A stretch of DNA of 64,000 bases from a bacterium (candidate division B38) B3_B38 (GTDB taxonomy: Bacteria; Acidobacteriota; B3-B38; Guanabaribacteriales; B3-B38): contig NJBL01000002.1 of NCBI GenBank assembly GCA_005223145.1, positions 3,541-67,540 on the forward strand, in the 5' to 3' direction. Within the stretch, counting starts at the first letter, position 1; every line of letters starts with the position of its first letter. The notes below the pieces were generated by a model. It made no database searches. It was not told where the DNA came from and was given only the letters and a program-made list of their open reading frames with translations. The translations under genes and the position numbers were made by a program. This document shows, one piece after another, positions 20,133-29,240 of the stretch.

Positions 20133-21353
20133 CTACTCTAACTCAAAAAAGCTAAGTTGTTCCTCCTCGTCAGATTTTAGCGGTATTATTTTATAGTCCT
20201 CTTCTGTTCGTTGATAACTCTTGATTTTCTCCACCAGCTCCGGGCTCCAATTTTCCTCTTCAACCGCCTTGGCTAAAGCAGAGGTACTGAGGTCGGAGAC
20301 CTCCATCCACTTCCCTTCTTGTTTCAGCAAATCCTCCAGGTCTCTTCTCTTCTGAGTCTCATCCTTGCCAGGGAATTTTGCCCTGTGGTAAATTTTCACC
20401 CGGAGTTTATTACTCTTCCCTCTGATTATCTCCACCCCTTCCCGCCTGGCATAGGCGATGATAGCCTCTTTTAGCTTTTCCAGCTCAGCTTTAATCCTCC
20501 TCTTCTCAGCCACCAACTCGGTGTAGTGATTAACAAGCTGGTAGCCCTCTTCGGTGGAATACTTGTTAGAGGGAATCGCTGTGAGACGGGCGAGGTGCTT
20601 CATAAAGGGGCAGAGGTCGGGGTAAAGACACCAGTAGCACAGCGGGCTCTCCACAGGGGGAAAGTCATCAGAAGCTTCAATCCTGCGGATTTGCTCTAAT
20701 GTTTGCTCCTTTAGTTTGGCAAGCTGAGAGGGAGAGCGGGTGGAACGAAGCTCCCGGTCAAAAGCCAGGTAATGCCACACCAGGGCGAAATGGCGGGCAT
20801 CCGGCAGCATCTCTGTCAGGGCAAGCTGGTAAAGACCGAGCTGCTGGTCGGAATCAACCTCCTGCTGGTTGGGGAGCTTGGAGGAAGTCTTGTAATCATG
20901 AACCTCGTAGACACCTTCGGCGGTCTGCGCCAGGCGGTCGATATAGCCTATAAATCGATACTCACCGGTCTCATCCAGGGGAAATCTTAATTCCTTCTCC
21001 AATCCAATAGTTAAAGCATCCTCAAAGGGGGTATGGCGCTCATAATAGTTCTTGATGCACTTTCTGCCCAGCTCCTTGTAATGCTCCGCTGTGTATTCCC
21101 TTTTGACAATACGCACCAGAGGATGCCATTTTCGGCTCCATTGCTCCTCGTAAGACTCAATTAAGTCAGACAAGGAGTTCCGCTTGGTAAACATAAGGTC
21201 TTTGTAAAGCTTGCGTAAAGTCTCATGAACCTGGCTCCCCATAAAAGCCTCAATGTTCTCCGTCTCCCTTTTAATTCTATCAATATAGTGGAGTTTGTAT
21301 TGCAGAGGGCAGTTATCAAAGGTGGACAATTTTGAATAAGAGTAAACAGGCAT
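20133..21353 (-). CDS. PD-(D/E)xK nuclease, RecB/Cas4-like with Fe-S Cys cluster and long C-terminal coiled-coil extension
   Basis: N-terminal YSYSKLSTFDNCPLQYKLHY, then IGYIDRL (motif II Asp), EVHDYKTS (motif III E.K), QLGLYQLAL (QxxxY) and C-terminal CYWCLYPDLCP. RBS AAAGGGAGG upstream of the MPVYSY Met. Confidence 0.65.
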   Translation of the reverse strand: MPVYSYSKLSTFDNCPLQYKLHYIDRIKRETENIEAFMGSQVHETLRKLYKDLMFTKRNSLSDLIESYEEQWSRKWHPLVRIVKREYTAEHYKELGRKCIKNYYERHTPFEDALTIGLEKELRFPLDETGEYRFIGYIDRLAQTAEGVYEVHDYKTSSKLPNQQEVDSDQQLGLYQLALTEMLPDARHFALVWHYLAFDRELRSTRSPSQLAKLKEQTLEQIRRIEASDDFPPVESPLCYWCLYPDLCPFMKHLARLTAIPSNKYSTEEGYQLVNHYTELVAEKRRIKAELEKLKEAIIAYARREGVEIIRGKSNKLRVKIYHRAKFPGKDETQKRRDLEDLLKQEGKWMEVSDLSTSALAKAVEEENWSPELVEKIKSYQRTEEDYKIIPLKSDEEEQLSFFELE

Positions 21354-21496
21354 AAGGAGAACCTCCCTTTTCGTCATTATATTAGCATACAACCATAGGC
21401 ATTGCAAAAAATTTTACCTCCGACAATTTCCTTCTTCTAATAAGCACTCCTTAATGGTATACTCATAAACGATTTTGTTGAGAGGAGGTAAGGAGT

Positions 21497-22894
21497 ATGG
21501 AGGCACAAGAGAGAAAGAAGTCATCTTTGAAATTCCACGGCGGACTTGGAGGTGCATTATTTCCGTTTCTCATAGTAGTAGGAGGGGCTCTCTATTTAGG
21601 CATTGCCCGGGTTCCCGACATTTATGGCTATTGGCCGACCGTCGCTTTCGCTCTGGTAGCGGGGATGCTTTTAGCTAAGAACCGTTATCGCTATACCGAA
21701 GTCCTCATCGAGGGGATGTCTCAGCCAATAGTCATGATAATGGTGGGCGCCTGGCTCTTCGCCTCGGTTATTGGAAATCTTATGTATGAGACCGGCCTGG
21801 TGGAGGCTCTCATCTGGGTGTGCTTAAAGATAGGGCTTACAGGGAGGCTTTTCACAGGAGCCACCTTTATTATAGCGTGTTTAATAGGCACATCCACCGG
21901 AACCAGTGTGGGAACCATCATAACCTGCACCCCCATATTATACCCGGCAGGCTACCTTCTGGGAGCTCATCCCGTGGCTCTGATGGGGGCAATCCTTGGC
22001 GGAGGAGCTTTTGGGGACAACCTCTCTCCCATCTCCGACACCACCATCGCCTCCGCCTTCACCCAGCGAACCGACATAGGAGGGGTAGTCAAAAGCAGGC
22101 TGAAATATGCCTTCCCTGCCGGCGGCATAGCTCTCATCCTCTATATCATATTCGGGCAAGGCTCCACTGCTATCCAGGAGGTAGATGCCATTGCTCAGAC
22201 TGCCAGCCCCCGGGGATTGCCCATGCTTCTGGTGCCTGTCTTGATTGTCATCCTCTGTCTGAAGGGACGCCATCTACTGGAAGCCCTCTTCTGGGGAATG
22301 CTTACCGGGTGCCTGACCGGGATACTCTTTGGTCTAATAACCTTCAAAGACCTCTTCCGTCTGGAGAGGGAAGCGGGAACCGCCCAGGGGATAATTCTCG
22401 AAGGGATGAAGGGGGGTGTCGGCATATCTATTTTTACTATTCTTCTCATCGGTCTGGTCTATTCCCTGCAGGCGGCTGGGGTAACAGGCAGGCTCATCTC
22501 CTGGGCGGAGAGGGTAATCTCCTCTGCCCGACAGGCCGAGTTTGTGATGATGCTTAGCACCATGTTCACCAACCTCATTATGATCCAGAATACAGTTACC
22601 ATCGTCTCTGTGGGGGAGTTTGCCCGCCAAACAGGCGAACGGTTCCAAATCCACCCCAACCGTCGGGCTAACATATTAGATGTCGCCGCCAATGTCTTTC
22701 AGCATATTGTCCCCTATATGGTGACCGTACTCCTCGCCTCGGCATACAGCCATTATGGGGAAAAATATGGAGCAGCGAAGCTGACACCTATCGCCATCGG
22801 GCTCCATAACTATCATAGCTGGATGCTCCTGGCGGTGCTGACCTTTGCCGTATTAAGTGGCTATGGACAAAAGTTCTTAAAGGACGACCGTTAA
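21497..22894 (+). CDS. nhaC: Na+/H+ antiporter NhaC family
   Basis: Polytopic membrane protein with the NhaC signature GGGAFGDNLSPISDTTIASAF. RBS AGGAGG. Confidence 0.7.
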   Translation: MEAQERKKSSLKFHGGLGGALFPFLIVVGGALYLGIARVPDIYGYWPTVAFALVAGMLLAKNRYRYTEVLIEGMSQPIVMIMVGAWLFASVIGNLMYETGLVEALIWVCLKIGLTGRLFTGATFIIACLIGTSTGTSVGTIITCTPILYPAGYLLGAHPVALMGAILGGGAFGDNLSPISDTTIASAFTQRTDIGGVVKSRLKYAFPAGGIALILYIIFGQGSTAIQEVDAIAQTASPRGLPMLLVPVLIVILCLKGRHLLEALFWGMLTGCLTGILFGLITFKDLFRLEREAGTAQGIILEGMKGGVGISIFTILLIGLVYSLQAAGVTGRLISWAERVISSARQAEFVMMLSTMFTNLIMIQNTVTIVSVGEFARQTGERFQIHPNRRANILDVAANVFQHIVPYMVTVLLASAYSHYGEKYGAAKLTPIAIGLHNYHSWMLLAVLTFAVLSGYGQKFLKDDR

Positions 22895-23344
22895 AGGAAA
22901 GATGAACTCTGACCGCCAGGTTTGAGAATTTCTTATTGACATCAGAGGAATTACTATATTACTATGAAAAAAATATTGGGCACCTCAGAAAAGGAGGTGG
23001 GTAAAACTGGAAATCAGCCGACGAAGATTTCTCCAGGTGGGCGGGTTCTCAGTTTTAGCTATGGGGATGGCTTCATACCTCACGGAGACAAGACCTTCCA
23101 CTAAGCGCGTAGCCTCATCAAAAAATATAAATGATAGCCCTCATCAGCTCCTGTGGAACCATGGAAGCCCTTATCTCGGCTGCTCGACCACCTATTTCAA
23201 CAAACTGATGCCGACTGTTGAAGAACAGTGGCTGGAGATCGTCCACTTCCATATGTACCCCAAGTGCAGGGATAGGTTTTTATTCCATCTATGATAAAAG
23301 ACTCATTTAAATAAAAAGGACTAATACCGCCAAGGAGGAGGATA

Positions 23345-24790
23345 TTGAAGGAATTTACCGATTTAGCGCTCGACACCGCCAGCCGTAAAGGGGCCTCCTA
23401 TGCTGATATCCGTATCTGCTTCTATAAAAACCAGTTTATTAGCGCCAGGGATAAAATCGTCACTGGGGTGAGGGATTACGAGGACTCCGGATTCGGTGTG
23501 CGTGCCTTTTACAATGGTGCCTGGGGCTTCGCCGGCAGCTCGGTCATCTCCAGGGAAGAGGTTCAGGCAGTAGCCTCTCTGGCGGTGGACATTGCTAAAG
23601 CCAGCGCTATGACCATAAAGGTCCCCTTAGAGCTGGTCTCAGTGACCAAATATGTAGACCACTGGCAAACCCCCTTCATTAAAGACCCCTTTAAGATACC
23701 CAATGAGAAGAAGATAAATCTGCTGCTGAAGATTAACGAAATAATGAGCAAGGTGAAAGGAATCAAGAGAACCACCTCCTATATATCCTCCACCAGCGAA
23801 CAAAAATACTTCGCCAGCACCATAGGCTCCTTTATCGAGCAGCTCATAATGAGGTCTTCGGCTGGCTACACAGTCGTGGCAGTTGGCAAGGAAGGGTTTG
23901 AAAGCCGCAGCTTCCAGGATTTCCCCCTCAATAAGGGTTATGAGAATATTGAAGAGCTCCCCTTGATAGAAAATGCCCAGCGGGTGGCGGAAGAGGCGGT
24001 AAAGCACCTCACCGCCAAGGAGTGTCCAGAAGGGGTACAAGACCTTATCCTCTCCCCTTCTCACCTCTGCCTGACCATCCACGAGTCGGTGGGGCATGCC
24101 ACCGAGCTCGACCGGGTGCTGGGGTGGGAAGCCGATTATGCCGGCACCAGCTTTGCCACCACCGATAAACTGGGAAAACTGAAATATGGCTCCCCCTTGG
24201 TCAATTTCACCGGCGACCGGACTCTTCCTCACGGTCGCTCCACCTGCGGTTACGATGATGATGGAGTCAAAACCAAAAAATGGGATATTATCAAGGAAGG
24301 GATTTTAGTCGGCTACTCCACTACCCGGGATACCGCACATTACATTGAAGCTAATGAGAGCAACGGATGCAGCTATGCCGACAGTTGGGCTAGTATCCCC
24401 ATTTTGAGAATGCCTAATGTCTGCCTTTTGCCCGGGAACCAGGGGGCTCCCACTCCCGAAGAGCTCATCGCCGATACCAAAGACGGGATTTACATTGACG
24501 GAATGGGGAGTTTCAGTATTGACCACCAGCGCCGAAATTTCCAGTTCGGTGGGGACGCCTTCTGGGAGATTAAAAACGGAAAGAAGACTCAGATGCTCAA
24601 AAATGTGACCTATCAATCAACTACTCCGGAGTTCTGGGGTTCGGTGGACGCGGTCTGCGGTGAAGAAGATTGGAAACCCTGGAGCATTGCCGACTGCGGA
24701 AAAGGTCAGCCCGGTCAGCAGGGACAGATGACCCACGGGAGTTCCACCATCAGGGTGAGGAGAATAAAGGTAGGAGGAGCGAGAGCATGA
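23345..24790 (+). CDS. tldD: metalloprotease TldD (peptidase U62)
   Basis: HESVGHATELDRVLG motif; length and architecture fit TldD. Probable TTG start after GGAGGAGG. Confidence 0.8.
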   Translation: MKEFTDLALDTASRKGASYADIRICFYKNQFISARDKIVTGVRDYEDSGFGVRAFYNGAWGFAGSSVISREEVQAVASLAVDIAKASAMTIKVPLELVSVTKYVDHWQTPFIKDPFKIPNEKKINLLLKINEIMSKVKGIKRTTSYISSTSEQKYFASTIGSFIEQLIMRSSAGYTVVAVGKEGFESRSFQDFPLNKGYENIEELPLIENAQRVAEEAVKHLTAKECPEGVQDLILSPSHLCLTIHESVGHATELDRVLGWEADYAGTSFATTDKLGKLKYGSPLVNFTGDRTLPHGRSTCGYDDDGVKTKKWDIIKEGILVGYSTTRDTAHYIEANESNGCSYADSWASIPILRMPNVCLLPGNQGAPTPEELIADTKDGIYIDGMGSFSIDHQRRNFQFGGDAFWEIKNGKKTQMLKNVTYQSTTPEFWGSVDAVCGEEDWKPWSIADCGKGQPGQQGQMTHGSSTIRVRRIKVGGARA

Positions 24791-26103
24791 TTTTAACAGA
24801 AACTGAAGCGAAGGCAATCCTGGAGAAGCTTATCAGCTATTCGACCGCCGATGAAATGGTAGCCGTTCTCACCGGGGGAAGCAGAGGCTTCTCTCGCTTT
24901 GCCAACAACGCCATGACCCAGAATGTAGACAAGCGAGGCTTCTCGTTAAATGTGAATGTGGCTTTCGGAAAGAAGGAGGGTTCCTCAACAATTAATAAGT
25001 TTGATGATGCATCCCTAAAAGGCGCAGTCAAAAGGGCAGAATCCATAGCCAGGCTCCTCCCTGCCAACCCCGAACATATGCCTCCCCTCCCCTCTCAGAA
25101 GTATCAGAAAATCGAAGCATACTTTCCGGAGACAGCGGAGTTCGGTCCTATAGACCGGGCTAAGGAAATCCTCAAGGTCATCCAAACCTGCGACCAAAAA
25201 GAGCTCATAACCGCCGGAACTTTCTCCAATGGTGACGGCTTCACTGGTATTGCTAACTCCAAAGGATTGTTTGGTTATCATAAATCTACCAGCTGTGGCT
25301 TCAGCGTCAGCGTGAGAACCCAGGACCGCACGGGTTCGGGCAGAGCGCAGCAGTCAAATGAAAGGAAAATAGGTGATATAAATCCTTCTCCGTTAGCCGC
25401 TGAGGCGATAAGAACAGCAGAGATGTCCCGCAACCCCCATCCCAAGGAGCCGGGGGATTATACGGTAATCCTAAAACCTACAGCTATGATGGAGCTATTT
25501 ATATATCTCCTTTTCGGTCTCAGTGCCCGTTCAGCGGATGAGGGGAGGAGCTTCCTGTCCGACCGCAGAACCGGCGGCAATAAGCTGGGGCAAAAGATAT
25601 TCGGAGAGAACATCACCATTCGGAGTGCAGCTACTCACCCAAAACTCCTGGGTACCCCTTTTGGAGGGGATGGGCTTCCTGCCAGGGACATCACCTGGGT
25701 GGAGAAAGGGGTGGTCAAAAATCTCAGCTACAGCAGGTATTGGGCAGCCAAGAAGGGGAAGGAGCCTACCTTTGCCATGAACTTTCTGATGGAAGGCGGC
25801 GACCATACCATAGAAGAGCTGATAAAGGATACCGACAAGGGGATATTGGTCAGCAGCTTCTGGTATATCCGCATGGTGGACCCCAATAACCTTTTATGTA
25901 CCGGGCTGACCAGAGATGGGACCTTCTGGGTAGAAAACGGTAAGATTCAATACCCTATTAACAACGTCCGGTTCAACGAATCACCAGTGGTGCTCCTCAA
26001 CAACATCGAGAAGATGACCAAACCCCAGAAGGTGGGCTTCGGCATCATGCCGGGGGTAAAAGCCCATAACTTTACTTTATCCAGCGTGTCGGAAGCTGTA
26101 TAA
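24787..26103 (+). CDS. pmbA: metalloprotease PmbA/TldE (peptidase U62 partner)
   Basis: TldD/PmbA-family fold. ATGA start/stop overlap with tldD; GGAGGAG RBS. Confidence 0.7.
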   Translation: MILTETEAKAILEKLISYSTADEMVAVLTGGSRGFSRFANNAMTQNVDKRGFSLNVNVAFGKKEGSSTINKFDDASLKGAVKRAESIARLLPANPEHMPPLPSQKYQKIEAYFPETAEFGPIDRAKEILKVIQTCDQKELITAGTFSNGDGFTGIANSKGLFGYHKSTSCGFSVSVRTQDRTGSGRAQQSNERKIGDINPSPLAAEAIRTAEMSRNPHPKEPGDYTVILKPTAMMELFIYLLFGLSARSADEGRSFLSDRRTGGNKLGQKIFGENITIRSAATHPKLLGTPFGGDGLPARDITWVEKGVVKNLSYSRYWAAKKGKEPTFAMNFLMEGGDHTIEELIKDTDKGILVSSFWYIRMVDPNNLLCTGLTRDGTFWVENGKIQYPINNVRFNESPVVLLNNIEKMTKPQKVGFGIMPGVKAHNFTLSSVSEAV

Positions 26104-26178
26104 TAGAGAAAGGGAAGGGATAATTCTGCAACAAAATTTCCTGAAACCAGATAATTAATCTATTAAGGAGTGAGGGAT

Positions 26179-26550
26179 ATGTTATATAAAAGGGTTATAT
26201 TAATGGGGGTGCTGGCGATATTCACCGCCGGCGCTCTGTCTCTCCTATTAGGTCAGGGTGTTAAGGTCGGGAATTTCACTCTTCCCAGAGATGTGGAATA
26301 CAGCGGTAAGACAATACCCCAAGGGGTATACCAGCTTTCGTTAGAGACCAAGGGTGAGGATACTTATATCTGCATCTGGAAAGATGAGGAGCAACTCTCC
26401 AAGGAGCTGGCCATCATCCAGGATGCTAAGAAGAACTATGCCAAGCCTGTTATCGCTGTGGATGTGATAACCCAGGATAAGGACCAGTTTGTCAGAATTA
26501 GCGTATTTATGGAGCGGAAGGTATATAAAGCCTTCTATAAATGCATATAA
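26179..26550 (+). CDS. small secreted hypothetical protein
   Basis: Signal peptide VILMGVLAIFTAGALSLLLG. AAGGAG RBS 8 nt upstream of the chosen ATG. Confidence 0.4.
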   Translation: MLYKRVILMGVLAIFTAGALSLLLGQGVKVGNFTLPRDVEYSGKTIPQGVYQLSLETKGEDTYICIWKDEEQLSKELAIIQDAKKNYAKPVIAVDVITQDKDQFVRISVFMERKVYKAFYKCI

Positions 26551-26668
26551 GATATCCCTTGGAGAGACTGTTCACCATCTTTTATCAGTTAAAAAGAGAA
26601 TAAATCGGTGGAGAGGTGAGTCTTTGTAAACGGAGGGCTACCCTCCCCTGTCGTTATAATATAAACAG

Positions 26669-27016
26669 ATGGAAGCCAATATAAGATACCAGGAAAATGT
26701 GGTCATTGTAGACCTGAAAGGAAAACTGGTCTGGGGGAGGGAGAGACTCGTTTTAAAGGAGACTATCACCCAGCTGCTGGAAGCGGAGAAAAAAAATATC
26801 CTTCTTAACCTCTCCGAGGTAAAATATATGGACAGCAGTGGCATCGGGGAGCTGGTATCCAGCTATCGAGCGGTGAAACAGGCTGGAGGGCGGTTGAAAA
26901 TTGTCCATCTGAGCAACAGAATCTATACCACCCTGACCATTATGAGGTTATTGCCGATTTTTGAAGTCTTCTCAGATGAAAAGGAAGCGGTAAAGAGCTT
27001 CTCCACTGGAGCTTAA
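26669..27016 (+). CDS. STAS-domain anti-sigma-factor antagonist (SpoIIAA/RsbV-like)
   Basis: STAS pattern VVIVDLKG...LNLSEVKYMDSSGIGELVS with the phosphorylatable Ser in a DSSG context. Confidence 0.7.
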   Translation: MEANIRYQENVVIVDLKGKLVWGRERLVLKETITQLLEAEKKNILLNLSEVKYMDSSGIGELVSSYRAVKQAGGRLKIVHLSNRIYTTLTIMRLLPIFEVFSDEKEAVKSFSTGA

Positions 27017-27035
27017 AAGGCGGACTCCCCTCTGC

Positions 27036-28601
27036 CTAAGGCTGCATGTCCTCCAGAACCCTTTTGAACCCGCAGTGTTGACATACCCTCTCCTCCTGGG
27101 AGCACCAATCTTGATATATCTGAAGAAGCCCCTGTTGTCTTCGGGCGCTGTTGACAACCCTTTTTAGCCGATTTTCATAAGCAAAAAGCCTGTGTTCCAT
27201 ATATCTCAACAGGCTGTTGGAAGGCAACCTGGGATACCAGTAGTAGAAGCGAGCCAGGAGATTTTCCAGCTGTTTATGCTCTTTATTTCGCGCATATAAT
27301 AGCAATGCAGGAATTATAACATTCACTATAATGGCAGCCGCTCTCCCAGAACCGATTAACCGGATGGTCTTTTTCAACTTTTTCCCTGCAAAGGAGTAGT
27401 GCCAGCTCCAGTAATCCTCTTCCTCTACGAAGCCGAATAGCTCTTTCAACTCTTTGTCTATCCTTTTAAAAGGGGTTTCTTGTGCTGAAATCCCCGGAGT
27501 GCAAAATATCATTAGTAACTTATGAAGGGGAGTTAAGAGAAAGATTCGGAGAAGAAAGTGGCACATGCCGGCTATGCGTCGAGCAGGGAAGTTAGCTGGT
27601 CGCATTCCACTTTTCCATATATCCCAGGGTAGCACTTTATCCTGATATCGCCCCTTCAATCTCTCCCAGCTCTGCTCCAGCTCTCGTATATACTTATCTT
27701 GGAAAACCGCCGGCTTAAGCGGAAGCTCCTGCTGGCTGGGCAATATACCAGCCGTCCCGAAGAAGAGCGCTTGCAGAGTTATCCCCCAGATGGATGGTTT
27801 GGTTGATGACAATAATTCCCTTATCTCTTTCAAGGGAAGCCGACGGGCAAGGAGCAAGAACTGCTCCTTGTTCCGCTTGAAGCCCAGCGCCTCCATAATC
27901 CTTTCGTAAATGACCTGATTGTAATCCTCCCGGGAGAGCTCTTTTTCGAAGCGGTTGGCTTTGCTGGCTATTCGAGCATCCCCGGCTAAGTCTAAAAGCT
28001 CACCCACTTTCCTTAATTCCTTGGCTCTAATGATCGAATAGCAGGAACCCTGGCTGGAAGGAGAAGCGAAGGGGTAAGCGGAAGAGTTTATGCTGGAGGA
28101 AAGGGATGTCAGTTCGGTATCCAGGGCATAATAAAGGGGGAGTTGGGGTATCTCCCTCCCCGCAGAATTGACCAGCCTCTTGTTCGCCCCCAAATCGTCC
28201 CACATTATTACATGGAGAATAACATTATCATAATTTTTATCCTGATGATGATTGTGGGCAAACCATTCAGAAGCTAAAACATGGACTTCAATATCACCCC
28301 TCAATGCCTCTGTGGATGATATCTTTATAGCCGATTGGATAAAATCGGGACCGGACTCCGAGTTCCACTTACCCGGAGAGAGAACCTCCACCTTTTCACC
28401 CGAGTTTGTTCTAAGCCTATCCTTGCATAGACGCTGGTCGAACCATATACTCTGCACCAGCTTCTCCGCAATCCGCTTCTCCAGTCCATACTTAGAAAAG
28501 ACAACTCTACTCTCTCTTGTTATCCAATAGGTTGTGAGCTTCTTAAAGTAATTTTCGAAGAAGCCCTGGCTATCTTCCCATTTTCTTTCTTGCCCATTCA
28601 T
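27036..28601 (-). CDS. large hypothetical protein (possibly DUF2851-like)
   Basis: 521 aa with no catalytic motif recognised. The segment SGPDF...DIEVHVLASEWFAHNHHQDKNYDNVILHVIMWDD recalls DUF2851, but this is a weak, memory-based match. Confidence 0.35.
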   Translation of the reverse strand: MNGQERKWEDSQGFFENYFKKLTTYWITRESRVVFSKYGLEKRIAEKLVQSIWFDQRLCKDRLRTNSGEKVEVLSPGKWNSESGPDFIQSAIKISSTEALRGDIEVHVLASEWFAHNHHQDKNYDNVILHVIMWDDLGANKRLVNSAGREIPQLPLYYALDTELTSLSSSINSSAYPFASPSSQGSCYSIIRAKELRKVGELLDLAGDARIASKANRFEKELSREDYNQVIYERIMEALGFKRNKEQFLLLARRLPLKEIRELLSSTKPSIWGITLQALFFGTAGILPSQQELPLKPAVFQDKYIRELEQSWERLKGRYQDKVLPWDIWKSGMRPANFPARRIAGMCHFLLRIFLLTPLHKLLMIFCTPGISAQETPFKRIDKELKELFGFVEEEDYWSWHYSFAGKKLKKTIRLIGSGRAAAIIVNVIIPALLLYARNKEHKQLENLLARFYYWYPRLPSNSLLRYMEHRLFAYENRLKRVVNSARRQQGLLQIYQDWCSQEERVCQHCGFKRVLEDMQP

Positions 28602-29217
28602 CGTAATACTTCAAGTAGGTGTTAGCCACCTCCGTGGGGTCAAGCTGGAGGCACCTGGCATACTCTATGAGGAAGCCCCTCAGATATATCCTGCAAGGGA
28701 GAGCTTCGTAATTGTCCTTTTCTATGTTTTCTAAAGTTTCCACGCTTATTTTGGTAACTTTTGAAATATCGTTCAGTTCTACCTGCTTCAATATTCTCAT
28801 TCGCCTGAGAAACTCCCCTTTGTATATGCCCTCCTCCTGAGGAAACGACCCCTTCTCTTCGGTAACCTCTCCTCCTTGGAAAGATACCTCCTGACCCCGC
28901 TCAGGAGCTACCGCCAGCCCTCTCTGGAAGAGCTCCTCTGGCTTTAAGCGTCCCTCTTGTATCATTTCCTCATTGTATGCCTCCCTCCTCCTCTCATTCA
29001 CCAAGACCTGGTAAGCCTCATCCAAAGCCCGGGAGGTATTTTCCAGCTCTTCCTCGGAAAAGAGGGAGTAGATTGCCAGAGAGTCTGGCTGGTAGATGCT
29101 CTTCAGCCGCTTATAGGCTTCTTTTATCTCCTCCTCGGTAGCAGAAGGGGAAACCCCTAAGAGCTCATAATGGCTTGGCTTGGGCAGGTCTTCAGGGAAA
29201 AGCCTGTATTGTCGCAT
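28570..29217 (-). CDS. J-domain-like (HPD replaced by QPD) plus RodZ-type HTH (HTH_25) protein
   Basis: N-terminal YELLGVSPSATEEEIKEAYKRLKSIYQPD is a J-domain helix II-III with Q in place of the catalytic H. C-terminal LNDISKVTKISVETLENIEKDNYEALPCRIYLRGFLIEYARCLQLD matches the RodZ N-terminal HTH. Confidence 0.5.
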   Translation of the reverse strand: MRQYRLFPEDLPKPSHYELLGVSPSATEEEIKEAYKRLKSIYQPDSLAIYSLFSEEELENTSRALDEAYQVLVNERRREAYNEEMIQEGRLKPEELFQRGLAVAPERGQEVSFQGGEVTEEKGSFPQEEGIYKGEFLRRMRILKQVELNDISKVTKISVETLENIEKDNYEALPCRIYLRGFLIEYARCLQLDPTEVANTYLKYYDEWARKKMGR

Positions 29218-29240
29218 CTTATCCTCTGATTAGTTAGAAA

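Noticed and set aside
21820-22557. 245-aa plus-strand ORF inside nhaC
   Set aside because: An out-of-frame overlap with a clear polytopic transporter gene; Arg/His/Ser-rich translation.
23639-24232. 197-aa minus-strand ORF
   Set aside because: Antisense shadow of tldD with a Gly/Ala-rich translation.
26631-26647. GC-rich hairpin CGGAGGG-cta-CCCTCC as terminator of the small secreted protein gene
   Set aside because: It is not followed by a U-run. More likely it is part of the STAS gene promoter context (TATAAT 15 nt downstream).
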